DNA from: a virus
Taxonomy: Duplodnaviria; Caudoviricetes
Direction: 5' to 3' (one strand)
Length of the DNA stretch: 62,664 nt
IMG/VR virus record: IMGVR_UViG_3300018719_000038
Coordinates: 1-62,664 of that record
The stretch's first letter is position 1; each line of letters opens with the position of its first letter. A program made the translations under genes and the position numbers. The notes under the pieces are model-generated. The model had not been told where the DNA came from and searched no databases. It was given only the letters and a program-made list of their open reading frames with translations. This document shows positions 1 to 9,927 of this stretch, one piece after another.

Positions 1-384
1 ATGAAACGCACGATGCCGCAGAGCGACGAGATAGACGCGATCAAGACGTACATGTTCCTTCCGCTCATCCTATCAGCGTTTGAACGGGATCGACGCATAT
101 TCGAGACGCTATTGAAATCGCCGGAGCCGTACATAGATTTGCTAACGATAGCCGCGGATAAGGTTACGAAGGACTTAACGGAGGTTCGCCGCCTGTTTCG
201 AGAACGCGGCATAAAGGTATACGAAATGGAGCGCGGCCAGGCGTGGATTGCCCGCTATATGTGCCGGGGATACACCGGAGATGTGACGCTGTGGGAGCAG
301 CTTGCTATTGCGGAGGCCCGCGTTTTGATGCGGAAATATCTCGGGATTGATACGGAGAAGTTGTGGGAATATTCGCGAAAATAA
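1..384 (+). CDS. Hypothetical protein
   Basis: 127-aa ORF followed by a terminator-like hairpin; no recognisable motif. Confidence 0.7.
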   Translation: MKRTMPQSDEIDAIKTYMFLPLILSAFERDRRIFETLLKSPEPYIDLLTIAADKVTKDLTEVRRLFRERGIKVYEMERGQAWIARYMCRGYTGDVTLWEQLAIAEARVLMRKYLGIDTEKLWEYSRK

Positions 385-387
385 AAA

Positions 388-406
388 GAGCGCAATAGCT
401 GCGCTC
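388..406. terminator. Hairpin between convergent genes (probable terminator)
   Basis: GAGCGC-N7-GCGCTC with an A-run on the left (U-tail on the minus strand). Confidence 0.6.
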
Positions 407-414
407 ACTATACG

Positions 415-1170
415 TTATAGGTTATTCGAACTCGGAAGCTCGAACTCTTCCAGCTCTTCGTAGATATCTTTTTGAATGCTATATTTCCGCGCCAACTGAT
501 ACGGAATTGTATAATCCCCGAACATATTATCAAGAATCGCGTCATAGTCTACGCCTTCCGCTTGCTCGCGTCTCCATGATATGTATACTCCGTCATTCTC
601 GCCGCCACCAACGTTATCAATCAGAACATTAAGAGAAACTTCATACACTTGTGAATTCTCAAACAGTACTTTTGAATATGCGATTAGCGAACCGCCGGCT
701 CTTTTAACGAAGTCCTTATAGTCCGCGAACATGCCCGGGTTTATCGTGATCTCAACATACTCGCCCTTAGTATCCGCAGAAGTTACGAATTTGCGGAAGC
801 TATCGTCTGTCAACGGAATAGCCATCGCAGCGCCAACGTTATCTTTCAGCGCCTTCTTGATGTTATCCTCCGTCACCTCTGCGCTTGTCCAATTAAAAGA
901 CTGCTCTGCATTTCCCACTTCTTGTGCTGTCTCAACGGGCTCGGGTTTTGTTTCCGGTACGTCAGATTCCTGGGCCGGGGGCGTCTGTGCTGTCTCAGGT
1001 TCTGTGGCAGTAGCCGTCCCCCTATCACTGCCGCCACTAGTACCGCCCGTAATATAGCCGATCAAGACAATAGCAATTACCGCAATAACGAAGCACGCAA
1101 TAACGTACTCCCACTTTTTATCCAGCTTCACCTTTATCCCCTCCAAATTACCTAAATCATACCATCCCAT
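415..1170 (-). CDS. Membrane-anchored exported accessory protein
   Basis: N-terminal hydrophobic helix (YVIACFVIAVIAIVLIGYI), T/E/P-rich linker, acidic globular domain; lies distal to the lysis cassette. Confidence 0.75.
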   Translation of the reverse strand: MGWYDLGNLEGIKVKLDKKWEYVIACFVIAVIAIVLIGYITGGTSGGSDRGTATATEPETAQTPPAQESDVPETKPEPVETAQEVGNAEQSFNWTSAEVTEDNIKKALKDNVGAAMAIPLTDDSFRKFVTSADTKGEYVEITINPGMFADYKDFVKRAGGSLIAYSKVLFENSQVYEVSLNVLIDNVGGGENDGVYISWRREQAEGVDYDAILDNMFGDYTIPYQLARKYSIQKDIYEELEEFELPSSNNL

Positions 1171-1247
1171 AAACGAAAAAAGAACCCCTCAACGAAGCCT
1201 TTACGTCATTTACGCAAAGACCCGCCGAGGGGTTCCGTTATTTCGCT

Positions 1248-1469
1248 TTATTCCGTTTTATCCTCGCCGCCACTTCCGCCCGTGCCGTCGCTGTATCCTT
1301 CCGCCAGCATATACGCAACGCACGCCCCCACCGCGCCGATCACGCCCGTCACCTGCAGCGTTACGTTTTCACCCGCGCCGGCCGCCGCAAGGACCGACGT
1401 AGCGAGTGCGGCGAGCAGCGCCCAAAACTTCCGCGAACTCAATTTCCGTGCCCAGTCGATTTTCTTCAT
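1248..1469 (-). CDS. Holin
   Basis: MKKIDWARKLSSRKFWALLAAL..., two TM segments, typical 'KLSSRKFW' holin N-terminus, next to endolysin; start reassigned to ATG at 1469. Confidence 0.8.
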   Translation of the reverse strand: MKKIDWARKLSSRKFWALLAALATSVLAAAGAGENVTLQVTGVIGAVGACVAYMLAEGYSDGTGGSGGEDKTE

Positions 1470-1473
1470 TATA

Positions 1474-2175
1474 TTACTTCGCTCCTTTCGAAATAAAAAC
1501 GGTATTGCTCGCGGCGTCCCATTTGACTTCTGCTCCGAGAGCTTCCGCAATGTCCCGCACCGGCAAGTACGTAACGCCGGAATCCACCACGCCGTCGCCG
1601 ATCTTCTTGCCGTCAACCTTAACGTTAACGATTACGTCTTTCTTCACGTCTTCCGCTCCTTTTGTCCGATTAATCCGCGCCATAGCCTCGTCAATCTGCG
1701 CCTGTGTCGGCCGCTTCCCGGCGCGGTATTGAGCCTTTGATAATCCGAATGTCATTTCGAAGTGCGGCATATCCTTGAACGTACGCCAATCGCCGCCCCA
1801 CGCAAATCCGAGCTTCTTGGCCTCCTCGACGACTTCGTTCCAGTCCGCAACGCCGTCGCGATCCCCGTCCAGCCGCGTATCCCACGATACCGACCGACCG
1901 TCCCCGGTTAGCAGCGCGAAGTCGATCGCAACGCCGAAGTTATGGTTCGAGTAGCCGCCGCGTGCATTGGTAACGATCTTCCCCGGCTTCGTTCGGCCCT
2001 GCGCATATAAAGCGTCTTGCTCCGCGATGGTCCGCAGGCCCTGCGTAATTACGATTGGGACTCCTCGCGCATAGCAGCGGTCGATTAGCGCCGAGGCCGC
2101 CGCAGCAACAACCGGAAGAAGCCCGCGCAATTTGGCCGCGGACTTGGATCGTACATATTCGAGTGTTAACGTCAT
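1474..2175 (-). CDS. Endolysin, M15 family peptidase (L-Ala-D-Glu peptidase-like) with C-terminal copper-amine-oxidase-N-like domain
   Basis: GLRTIAEQDALYAQGRT, SNHNFGVAIDF, WGGDW..FKDMPHFE motifs; C-terminal TYLPVRDIAEALGAEVKWD. Confidence 0.9.
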   Translation of the reverse strand: MTLTLEYVRSKSAAKLRGLLPVVAAAASALIDRCYARGVPIVITQGLRTIAEQDALYAQGRTKPGKIVTNARGGYSNHNFGVAIDFALLTGDGRSVSWDTRLDGDRDGVADWNEVVEEAKKLGFAWGGDWRTFKDMPHFEMTFGLSKAQYRAGKRPTQAQIDEAMARINRTKGAEDVKKDVIVNVKVDGKKIGDGVVDSGVTYLPVRDIAEALGAEVKWDAASNTVFISKGAK

Positions 2176-2496
2176 TTAAGCCGCATCCTTTCCGTTTATA
2201 ATCGCCTTGATATCGTGTACATCCGAAGCCAGTCCGTCATATTGCCGCGCAAGTGTCTCGAACCGGTCCGTCAGACCCTCCGCCAATCGCATCAGGCGGT
2301 CCTCGCGCGCAGTTGCTTCCGCATGCATCCGTTCGTTCTGCGCCTTAGCCTCCGCACTGATTCGTTCTTCCCTTTCGCGAGCCTCCGTTGACATGCGGCG
2401 CATCTCCCGCCAAAGCACCCACGCGAGGATACCGGCCGCGACCGCAAATATTCCGTTCTTCGCAAGCTCCGCAAATATCGTTTGTTCCATCGACAC
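2176..2496 (-). CDS. BhlA/UviB-like holin-like protein
   Basis: NGIFAV TM helix followed by 'REERI/REDRL' coiled coil; directly upstream of endolysin. Confidence 0.7.
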   Translation of the reverse strand: MSMEQTIFAELAKNGIFAVAAGILAWVLWREMRRMSTEAREREERISAEAKAQNERMHAEATAREDRLMRLAEGLTDRFETLARQYDGLASDVHDIKAIINGKDAA

Positions 2497-2538
2497 ACCC
2501 CGTGTAAATAAAAATATCCGCTGTCCTTACGGAGCGGA

Positions 2539-2826
2539 TTACGTTGTTTCCGTGATTTCTTCGTAATTTGCGAGCAGTTCGTTGTAGTCGCGAACGTAGA
2601 CGTCTCCCTTGTCGTCCTTACAGACAAACTGGCCCATTTTCACGACGAGGAGCTTTTCGGGTCGCTTGATAATCCCGGCCCTGACGTTTCCGTCTGCATC
2701 GTAATCAACAGTAGCTGGCAGACCGGTGAATTTGATAATCTTCATAATTGTTTCTTTCTCGCCATCCGCAAACTCAACCGCCTCAACACGGTCCCTCGAC
2801 TGAAATATTCTGATCATCTTCAACAC
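2539..2826 (-). CDS. Hypothetical protein following tail fiber
   Basis: 95-aa ORF with VEAVEF motif; hairpin terminator downstream (~2516-2539). Confidence 0.65.
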   Translation of the reverse strand: MLKMIRIFQSRDRVEAVEFADGEKETIMKIIKFTGLPATVDYDADGNVRAGIIKRPEKLLVVKMGQFVCKDDKGDVYVRDYNELLANYEEITETT

Positions 2827-3742
2827 CCTTCATTTTTTTTTTTTTATTTATACGCTTCCAGTCAAATGAATACTTCCACGTATCAGTTGTATAACTATTT
2901 GGGATCACCTGGAAACCATCAGTGTTTATACGTCCGGTAATCTGAAAATTTTGTGAATCTTTTAATAGAGGTGCGGTGCTTGTTTTTCCAGAAGAGCCAT
3001 AAACATACACACCGCCGTAAGTAGTGCTGTCACTTATATTCTGTATCGTCATGTCTGTTAACACGAACAATGATTGCCGATCTAGGTTGTTGTTATATAA
3101 AAGCGTTGCCTTAACACGAACAAGGCTTGGCGTAAACGATAGTCCTGCTATTATCAGTTTTGGGTCATTTCCAGGTCGTTGAACGTTGCCGCTAGCGTAC
3201 TTTTTTCCTTGGTAAATCTGCCCGATCTTCTGCGCCAAAACTGGAAATGTATCGCTCCCTGATGCCGGTACTCCTTTGCCAGTGATGGCGGAAGCGATCG
3301 TGTTTTTCCCATCACTGACATTTGTAAAAAGCTCGTTAATCGCGGCGACCGTGTTAGTTTTCGCTCCGGTGAGCAGCGATGCCAACGGGCCGACGGCGTT
3401 GCTGGCCGCGACTGCTGCGGTGTTCGCTGCGTTTGCCGTTGACTGTGCCGCAGAGGCCGCGCTATTAGCCGCATTAGCAGTGCTTTTTGCATCCGCCGCC
3501 GCATCATAGGCTGTTTTAACAGCCTTCGAGGTTGCCGCCGTCGTCTCGCTGGCACTGTTTGTGGCGCTGGATAGCTGTACGATACCCTTCTGCGCCGTTG
3601 TAGCGTCCGGCACGGTAATCTCGCCCAGTGCCTCCGTTACCGACGAGTCTACCGCCTCCGCGAGTGCGTTCATATCCCGCGGCACATCGGCCGTCATTGT
3701 TCCGTCAATTAGCGGAAGCTTTAAATTAGCTGTTTGCGCCAT
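2783..3742 (-). CDS. Tail fiber / receptor-binding protein (C-terminus probably frameshifted; natural end likely DWEAYK* at 2844)
   Basis: MAQTANLKLP N-terminus, DATTAQKGIVQLSSATNS tail-fiber repeat, VSDGKNTIASAITGKGV segment, AT-rich variable C-terminal domain. Confidence 0.85.
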   Translation of the reverse strand: MAQTANLKLPLIDGTMTADVPRDMNALAEAVDSSVTEALGEITVPDATTAQKGIVQLSSATNSASETTAATSKAVKTAYDAAADAKSTANAANSAASAAQSTANAANTAAVAASNAVGPLASLLTGAKTNTVAAINELFTNVSDGKNTIASAITGKGVPASGSDTFPVLAQKIGQIYQGKKYASGNVQRPGNDPKLIIAGLSFTPSLVRVKATLLYNNNLDRQSLFVLTDMTIQNISDSTTYGGVYVYGSSGKTSTAPLLKDSQNFQITGRINTDGFQVIPNSYTTDTWKYSFDWKRINKKKKMKGVEDDQNISVEGPC

Positions 3743-3745
3743 ATA

Positions 3746-4318
3746 TTACGTCAACCCCCGATTATAAAGTTCGCTATACGTCTTCCCCGTCGCTGCGACC
3801 TCGCCGTACGTCTGGCCGCTGCCTGCAAGCTCCTCGTATGTGTAAAAGCGGAATACGTACTCAATCGCCATATGTGCCGGCGTTATGTCGCGCACGGCCG
3901 CCATCAACTCGTCGATTTGGTCCGGGACCCCGTATTGACTTACGAACGTAACGACAATCGTATAATCCGCGGCCCGGTTCGCGACCTCAACGTCACCGTT
4001 CGCATACGCCGACGCAACGCTGTCGATAAGTTCCGCCGTTACCGCACCGACGCCGCGCAGCCGGCCGAGGAGGATTTCGCGCCGTTGTGCGTATGTCTTC
4101 GTTTCATCTGTCGGGATTCCAAATATCCGCTCCCATCGCTCAAGCCCCCACGTTGCGGTCTCGATGAAAAACTGCGAGAGAACGTCGCCGATCCCGGCGT
4201 TAAGCTTCGCGAGTTCCTCCGCCTCGCGGTCGATGATGTTCGTTGCTACCGGCATCTCCTCGTAATATTTCGGGAAATAATCGTGCATGTCGCGTTTAAT
4301 TCCCAGTAGCGTCCTCAT
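3746..4318 (-). CDS. Baseplate/tail protein, XkdU/YmfQ (DUF2313)-like
   Basis: QFFIETATWGLERWERIFGI and PAHM motifs; follows baseplate J. Confidence 0.85.
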   Translation of the reverse strand: MRTLLGIKRDMHDYFPKYYEEMPVATNIIDREAEELAKLNAGIGDVLSQFFIETATWGLERWERIFGIPTDETKTYAQRREILLGRLRGVGAVTAELIDSVASAYANGDVEVANRAADYTIVVTFVSQYGVPDQIDELMAAVRDITPAHMAIEYVFRFYTYEELAGSGQTYGEVAATGKTYSELYNRGLT

Positions 4319-5397
4319 GCCGACGTCACCGCCACATTTGAAAGCACCGCAACCTCTCCGTCCGCGATCGAAATGTTTCCGGTCGCTCCGTTAAGCGTCA
4401 GATTTTCGTAGTCAATTACGGGAGGGATATCGAGGATCACGTTAGCAATCCGCGTAATCCGCACAAGCGGATCGGTGAACGCAAGCGTCCGTAAGTATGC
4501 GCGCACGCCCGTTTCAATCTGCGCCTTTACCTCCGCGACGGTAGCGCCGGGGGCGAGCGTAACTTCGACCAAAATGTTAATCGGCACCTCGACCGCGCCG
4601 GCTACCGTACAGGCCGCGCCAATAGGGGCGACTCCCTTGCCGGTTCCATCCTTCGTCGGGTCGATGTACGTCTGGACTGCGGAAACAACCGATGCATCCG
4701 GCGCGGTCTTGTCGTCGTCGAGTAGTACGACTTTTACGGTGCCGGGCCCGTTCCAAACCGGATATACCTTCGCATCCGAAACGCCGGGTACTTCCAGCGC
4801 CCATTGACGATATTGATTCGCATTTCCCGATGTGGCTGGCCGCTGGGCCCTCTCGTAATAACGCGCCAATAAAGAAGCGTCTGACTCCGCATCGACGCCC
4901 CCTTCGAAAAACTTCGCGTTGGTTACAGCCACGATTCCGACAAGGTCGCCGAGCAGCGTAGTAATCACGCCGGCCCCAACGTTTCCGGCCGCCCCCGCGT
5001 CCTGCGCCTCCGCCGCGACAGTAACCGATCCGCTGGCGATCGTTGCCTCCGCCGTCGTTACGAAATAGACCGGATTGTCGCCGCCAGTTGATGCGAGTGT
5101 TCCACGCGGAATCACCGTACCGTCCGGTCCCGAAAAGGTAAGCGAGCCGACCGCTTTGACTGCAGGCTTCCGCGTCAATCCGTATTCCTTCGCCCGCATA
5201 TCGAGGTAAGCGCCGTATGTCGTATCCGCAAACCCGAACGCGAGCACGTTGTCGAGTTCGGAGTATGCTAACGTCAGTTCAATCGCGGCCGGCGAAAGCA
5301 AGTCGAACGTAACGGAGCCCTGCCGCTTATCAATGTCCGCCGGTGACGCGTTGAGCATCCGGTCAAGTATCGCGGCTTTCGTTTGGTCCTCGTACAT
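4315..5397 (-). CDS. Baseplate J-like protein (XkdT-like)
   Basis: DKRQGS, GGVDAESDASL, SGNANQYRQWALEVPGV, WNGPGTVKV motifs. Confidence 0.92.
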   Translation of the reverse strand: MYEDQTKAAILDRMLNASPADIDKRQGSVTFDLLSPAAIELTLAYSELDNVLAFGFADTTYGAYLDMRAKEYGLTRKPAVKAVGSLTFSGPDGTVIPRGTLASTGGDNPVYFVTTAEATIASGSVTVAAEAQDAGAAGNVGAGVITTLLGDLVGIVAVTNAKFFEGGVDAESDASLLARYYERAQRPATSGNANQYRQWALEVPGVSDAKVYPVWNGPGTVKVVLLDDDKTAPDASVVSAVQTYIDPTKDGTGKGVAPIGAACTVAGAVEVPINILVEVTLAPGATVAEVKAQIETGVRAYLRTLAFTDPLVRITRIANVILDIPPVIDYENLTLNGATGNISIADGEVAVLSNVAVTSA

Positions 5398-5810
5398 TAA
5401 GTCGTCACCTCCACCTGTATCGTTTCTTCCGCTGTATCAACGTAAAAGGAGACGAACAACGAGTCCGCCTCCTGCTTTATGCTAAAACCATATACGCGCT
5501 CAATTCTGTCGTCATAAATCAGCGCTTCTTCAATTACCCGCGGTATCTCCGCCTCTAGTAACTCGGGTGTGGCGTTTTGGCCGATCAAATCTTCGAGCTC
5601 GCAACCGTAGTCATCGTCAAATATCGCAAATCGGAAACGCGCTGTCTTAATCGCCTTAATCACGAATTGTCTTATCGCGGCCTCGCCGTCAACAATGCCG
5701 CCAACCACGCCGTTTTCAAAGTCGATCGCGTACGTCCGGAGAGGCTCCGGTTCAATAGCTTCGGCTAATTCCTCCGTTATGTCGACCGGTTCAAGTGGAC
5801 TTAGCGCCAT
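5397..5810 (-). CDS. Baseplate wedge protein, XkdS (DUF2634)-like
   Basis: AIRQFVIKAIKTARFRFAIFDDDYGCEL; EALIYDDRI. Confidence 0.85.
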   Translation of the reverse strand: MALSPLEPVDITEELAEAIEPEPLRTYAIDFENGVVGGIVDGEAAIRQFVIKAIKTARFRFAIFDDDYGCELEDLIGQNATPELLEAEIPRVIEEALIYDDRIERVYGFSIKQEADSLFVSFYVDTAEETIQVEVTT

Positions 5811-5812
5811 CC

Positions 5813-6151
5813 CTACGCACCTCCAATTCGGTCAAGGATAACGTAATTCTGCCCCGCTCCGTAAGAAACGACGATTACCCGGTCACCGGCCTTGAGCGCG
5901 TCCTCGTATTCAATTTCAACCGGAGCCGCGCCGTTAATCGCCACCTTGCGTTTATGCTTCGTCAAGTGTTCGCAAACGATAACGTCATCGATGTCGAGGT
6001 CAAACGGCTGTCCGTCGACTTTAATACTGATTCCGGGGAGGGGCGCGAGGACCGTCGCGAACTCGACATCGACGTCCTTGTTATAGCCGAGCTCCCGGAT
6101 AACGTGGCGCAATTTACTGCGCCCAGCTCCTTCGATCATCTCAACGGCCAT
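5813..6151 (-). CDS. Baseplate spike-like protein, XkdR (DUF2577)-like
   Basis: LKAGDRVIV..GQNYVILDRI C-terminus; synteny. Confidence 0.8.
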   Translation of the reverse strand: MAVEMIEGAGRSKLRHVIRELGYNKDVDVEFATVLAPLPGISIKVDGQPFDLDIDDVIVCEHLTKHKRKVAINGAAPVEIEYEDALKAGDRVIVVSYGAGQNYVILDRIGGA

Positions 6152-7143
6152 TACGCAACCTCCTCGTATTCGATTTCCGGCAGGTCTTCCGTTTTCGATA
6201 ACGTGATGTCCATTCGGTGAACGCCGTCCTCAAATGAATGCTTGTCAGCAGTTACGTAAAAGCCTCCGGCCAGCTTCGTCATCGACTCGAACGCATAGAC
6301 TGCAGTACCGGCGACTACCTCCACGTTACCGAGCGCCTCGACCGAAATCTCCTCATTTACCTTCGCGAGTTCTTTCAACCGTTGCGCCGCAAGTTGGTCA
6401 AGCTGCGATTTCTTCATATCCGAATCGGCCATTTCGAAATGCTGCATTAAGCCGTATTTCTTCACCAACGCGGCGTTTTTTACGGATGATGTTATTCGCT
6501 TTTTTTTCTCTCCGGCCTCTACCTTAATAGCCGTCCGGGTATCTTCAATTGATTGGAAGCGGCTTGCGGATAGGATATTGACGCCTCTCTCAAGGTACCA
6601 GCGTACGATGTTGTCTTTTCGTTCTTTCATGAACAGTTTTCCGTTATTTGTGTATACGCTGAACTTTCTCCCGTTTTGCTTTCTCGTCTCGGTAAGAGCA
6701 GTGACTATCATATCCCATAGAGTTTTTCCCTGAAATATCATTTTTGGAATTACGAAGCCTGTGCTCGCAATAGTTCCGACCGGAATATCAAACGCTTTAC
6801 AAAGTTCTTTCACGATCGCCGATGCGGTCATCTTTGTAAAACGCCGCGAGTCAGTGTTCTTCGTCAGGTAGACATTTTCGTCGCGTGCCGTGATCGAGGC
6901 ACTGCCTTTGTCGGAGATGCTGTACTCAAAAATGATCCCGCGAAAAAGCCCGACATTGTCCGCATAAAAGCGTATCTCCTTGCCGACCTCGATCGGTAGG
7001 ACCTGCTCTTTGCCGTTTAACGTATTGGTGAGCGTTAGATTAAGAGTCCGGTGTGGTTGCGCAACGTCTCCGGACCACTCCGCCGACTTAACAAAGGGCT
7101 CGATCCAATACTTGCCGTCGTATAATACGGTTATCTTCTTCAC
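6151..7143 (-). CDS. Baseplate hub protein, XkdQ/YqbQ-like
   Basis: 330 aa; WSGD, LFRGIIF, TASAIVKELC, KYGLMQ motifs; synteny. Confidence 0.85.
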   Translation of the reverse strand: MKKITVLYDGKYWIEPFVKSAEWSGDVAQPHRTLNLTLTNTLNGKEQVLPIEVGKEIRFYADNVGLFRGIIFEYSISDKGSASITARDENVYLTKNTDSRRFTKMTASAIVKELCKAFDIPVGTIASTGFVIPKMIFQGKTLWDMIVTALTETRKQNGRKFSVYTNNGKLFMKERKDNIVRWYLERGVNILSASRFQSIEDTRTAIKVEAGEKKKRITSSVKNAALVKKYGLMQHFEMADSDMKKSQLDQLAAQRLKELAKVNEEISVEALGNVEVVAGTAVYAFESMTKLAGGFYVTADKHSFEDGVHRMDITLSKTEDLPEIEYEEVA

Positions 7144-7814
7144 GACGGGATCACCAGCTTTTGACCCGGCTTAATCAAATTGGGATTTGCGCCAATTACC
7201 TTTTTATTTTGCGCGTAAATCTTGCGCCAGTCGTCGCCGTTTCCGTATACTCGCGCAGCTATTTTCCACAACGAATCTCCGGATTTTACCGTATAAGACT
7301 TCGGGACCTGCCGACTAGAAGGCCGAGCGGCCGCGTTTAACTTCGGCATGGTTACGCTAACCGATCCGCCGGAAACGGTATTGTCGCCTTTCTTGGCAAC
7401 CGAGAGGAATATGTACTCTTTTAGGTCCAGCGTATAATAAACGTCTTCCGGCTCGCCCCCACGCTCCTCATACTCGAAATTCCGAATGGTGACCGCCATA
7501 TTAATCGGCGTGCCCGTGACAATAAACCTTACCGGCAAGCCCGACCGCTGCCATCTCTCTATCATAGTGACGTACTCGTACGGGTCGAGCAGCGATGAGT
7601 GTGTGCAGTATGACGCATTGTAGTCCCGAGGGAAAAATGAAGAGAGCGAATACTCCCGTAACCGGCCGCCGCCGATTACCGTGTACTCGCCGAGATTTGC
7701 TACGTCAACATCCTCGAAACCATGCGTAGATGTAACGGAGAGAGTGTCCGGATTAACCGGAAGCAGCAGTGTCTCCGCTCTGTTGTTAAATTTGAGCCAA
7801 AACTGCGTTTTCAG
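7140..7814 (-). CDS. LysM-domain tail tube initiator, XkdP-like (non-canonical CTG or ATT start)
   Basis: Frame is open from 7814 (KTQFWLKFNN..LLLPVNP..SSFFP) behind RBS GAGGAGG; C-terminal LysM YTVKSGDSLWKIA..NPNLIKPGQKL. Confidence 0.85.
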   Translation of the reverse strand: MKTQFWLKFNNRAETLLLPVNPDTLSVTSTHGFEDVDVANLGEYTVIGGGRLREYSLSSFFPRDYNASYCTHSSLLDPYEYVTMIERWQRSGLPVRFIVTGTPINMAVTIRNFEYEERGGEPEDVYYTLDLKEYIFLSVAKKGDNTVSGGSVSVTMPKLNAAARPSSRQVPKSYTVKSGDSLWKIAARVYGNGDDWRKIYAQNKKVIGANPNLIKPGQKLVIPS

Positions 7815-7831
7815 AATTCAACTCCTCCTCA

Positions 7832-9922
7832 TTATGCGATCGCATGTGCCAGTTTCTCGGCCAGACGATCAATGTCCGCCTCTTCGCGAATAGTCACGCC
7901 GTACAGGTTGATAACCACCGGCCGGGCGCTATTCCCGGAACTGCCGTCAGAGTTTCGGTAGTTCTGCGCTTCAGTGCGTGTGAGAACCATTTCGTCGCGA
8001 TGCAAACGCGCAGTGTAACCGTTATAGGGAACACGGTCAAGACCGCCGGCGTGCCCTTTTGGCGTCTTATATAAGGGTTGCGGAAAAGGGTTTTTAGACG
8101 GTGTTTTAGACGGCACGGGCGCCAGTGGGTTAGTGAATTGCTTTACCGTACGGTCAACGGCGTCTTTCGAGGGTTTATAGTCTACCCCCTTATTCTCGAC
8201 GTATAGCTGCGGTTTCCCGTTCTTATCGTAGGTTACGCCAGTGTTTTTGCCCCAAATATCGTACCCGGCGATGTCTTCCCAAAAGCCGGCGAGCCACCGA
8301 TCTAAAGGATTGTCCGCCTGGCTTAACGAAAGCGAGTCCTTCATGCCTTTTAGGATGCTCCCACCGATTGCCATACCGATATTGGTGGCCGCGTCCAAAA
8401 TCGGCTGAGACGCTTTTAGCGCCTTACCAAGAGCGTCCGTCAAGTCCCTAGAGATCCCTTCAACTTTGGCCTTGCCTGTGGACTGCCACCACTTGTTAAA
8501 GTCCTCTTGCAAGGTGTCGAACACGTACTTAATTTTTCCTTCGAGTGTGCTTATTTTTTGAAACTCTGGATTGTTCGTGAAATTCTTGCTGATGTAATTA
8601 CGTACCTTCGTGACTGTCTGCTGTATTGCCGCAGTGATTTGCGGAGTGTATTTCTCGACGAAGTCAGCCGCAGCGTTTGCGAAATCCTTGATTAGCGGCA
8701 TTGTCGGCAAGAGCGCCGATATCTGCAGCGTCTCAATCGCGCCCCTGAACTGCTCGACCGCACCGGCCGCGTTGTCCATTTTCTTTCTCGCGACATCGAG
8801 AGCCGTCACCTTCGACATCTCCTTGCGGAACTCTTTTACGCCGTCTGCGCCTTCTTCGTAGAGTATGTTCGCAGCACGGATCGCGTCCGTTCCGAACATC
8901 GTCTCTAGCGCGAGCATCCGTTGCTGATTCGTCAGCTTGCCGAGGGATTTTCGCAGCAATCCGGAAATTTGTTCGAGTGACTTGATGTTACCCTTCGCGT
9001 CGAAAAACTGGTTTGCTCCATTTTTTGTGACGAGACCAAGTTCCGCGAATTGCTCAATCTGTGCCTTTGTTGTTGGTTGCAAATTTTGGAGCATTGTTTT
9101 CAGCGAGGTCCCGGCGTCCGAGCCCTTGAGTCCGTTGTTCGCAAACAGCCCGAGCGCGATGTTCGTGTCTTTGAAGTTTACGCCAAGGCCCGCAGCCACG
9201 GCCGAAACCATCGAGAGGGAGTAACGCAATTCCTCGACACTCGTCGCAGATGCGTTCGCTGTACCTGCGAGGATGTTCGCCGCGTCCGCCGCAGACATAC
9301 CATCCTTTTTATACGCATTGAGCGCGGTGGACATGATTTCCGCTGCATCCGCGAGACCGAGCCCACCTGCCGTTGCTAGGTTAAGTGCAGCCTCAAGTCC
9401 GCCGGCCTGTACCCTCGCCGGTGTCAAACCTGCTTTTAATAGCTCCTCGATACCTTGCGCAGCCTCAAGCGCCGAGTACTTCGTATTTGCGCCCATCTTG
9501 AGTGCCAACGTCTGCATCTTTGCCATTTCAGCGTCTGTTGCGCCGGTTAGCGCTTGAATCGTCGACATCTGCGCCTCAAAGTTCATCGCCTTTTTGACGC
9601 TGGAATACCCGGCGTAGGCCGCCGCTCCGACGACGGCGAGTGAGCCGTATTTCGCAAGCTTTCCAAAGGCAGATGCGCCAGTTTTCGTCAGATTCCCGAG
9701 TGATTTCCCGGCCTTTTGCGATGCTTTATCGATGTCGAGCAACTTCTTGCGGGTTTTTTCTCCGGAAGACACAAGCTTACCGTTAGCGTCCCGCAAGCGT
9801 CCGGTCGCATCTCGGTAAGTATCCGTTGCCTTTTTGACTCGGTCCATTTGCTTTTCAACTTTTTTCAACGGAGCCGACATGTTGTCGATGAGTTTTAACT
9901 TGGCTACGAGATCAAACGCGAT
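7832..9922 (-). CDS. Tail tape measure protein (probable ATC start)
   Basis: TP901-type core (NFEAQMS, TKYSALEAAQG, GSDAGTSLKTM); frame extends to ATC-GCG-TTT-GAT (MAFDLVAKLKL) behind GGAGG. Confidence 0.9.
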   Translation of the reverse strand: MAFDLVAKLKLIDNMSAPLKKVEKQMDRVKKATDTYRDATGRLRDANGKLVSSGEKTRKKLLDIDKASQKAGKSLGNLTKTGASAFGKLAKYGSLAVVGAAAYAGYSSVKKAMNFEAQMSTIQALTGATDAEMAKMQTLALKMGANTKYSALEAAQGIEELLKAGLTPARVQAGGLEAALNLATAGGLGLADAAEIMSTALNAYKKDGMSAADAANILAGTANASATSVEELRYSLSMVSAVAAGLGVNFKDTNIALGLFANNGLKGSDAGTSLKTMLQNLQPTTKAQIEQFAELGLVTKNGANQFFDAKGNIKSLEQISGLLRKSLGKLTNQQRMLALETMFGTDAIRAANILYEEGADGVKEFRKEMSKVTALDVARKKMDNAAGAVEQFRGAIETLQISALLPTMPLIKDFANAAADFVEKYTPQITAAIQQTVTKVRNYISKNFTNNPEFQKISTLEGKIKYVFDTLQEDFNKWWQSTGKAKVEGISRDLTDALGKALKASQPILDAATNIGMAIGGSILKGMKDSLSLSQADNPLDRWLAGFWEDIAGYDIWGKNTGVTYDKNGKPQLYVENKGVDYKPSKDAVDRTVKQFTNPLAPVPSKTPSKNPFPQPLYKTPKGHAGGLDRVPYNGYTARLHRDEMVLTRTEAQNYRNSDGSSGNSARPVVINLYGVTIREEADIDRLAEKLAHAIA

Positions 9923-9927
9923 ATGAA

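Noticed and set aside
2783-3200. Diversity-generating retroelement or invertible tail-fiber cassette
   Set aside because: No reverse transcriptase, template repeat, invertase or alternative fiber tips found in the window.
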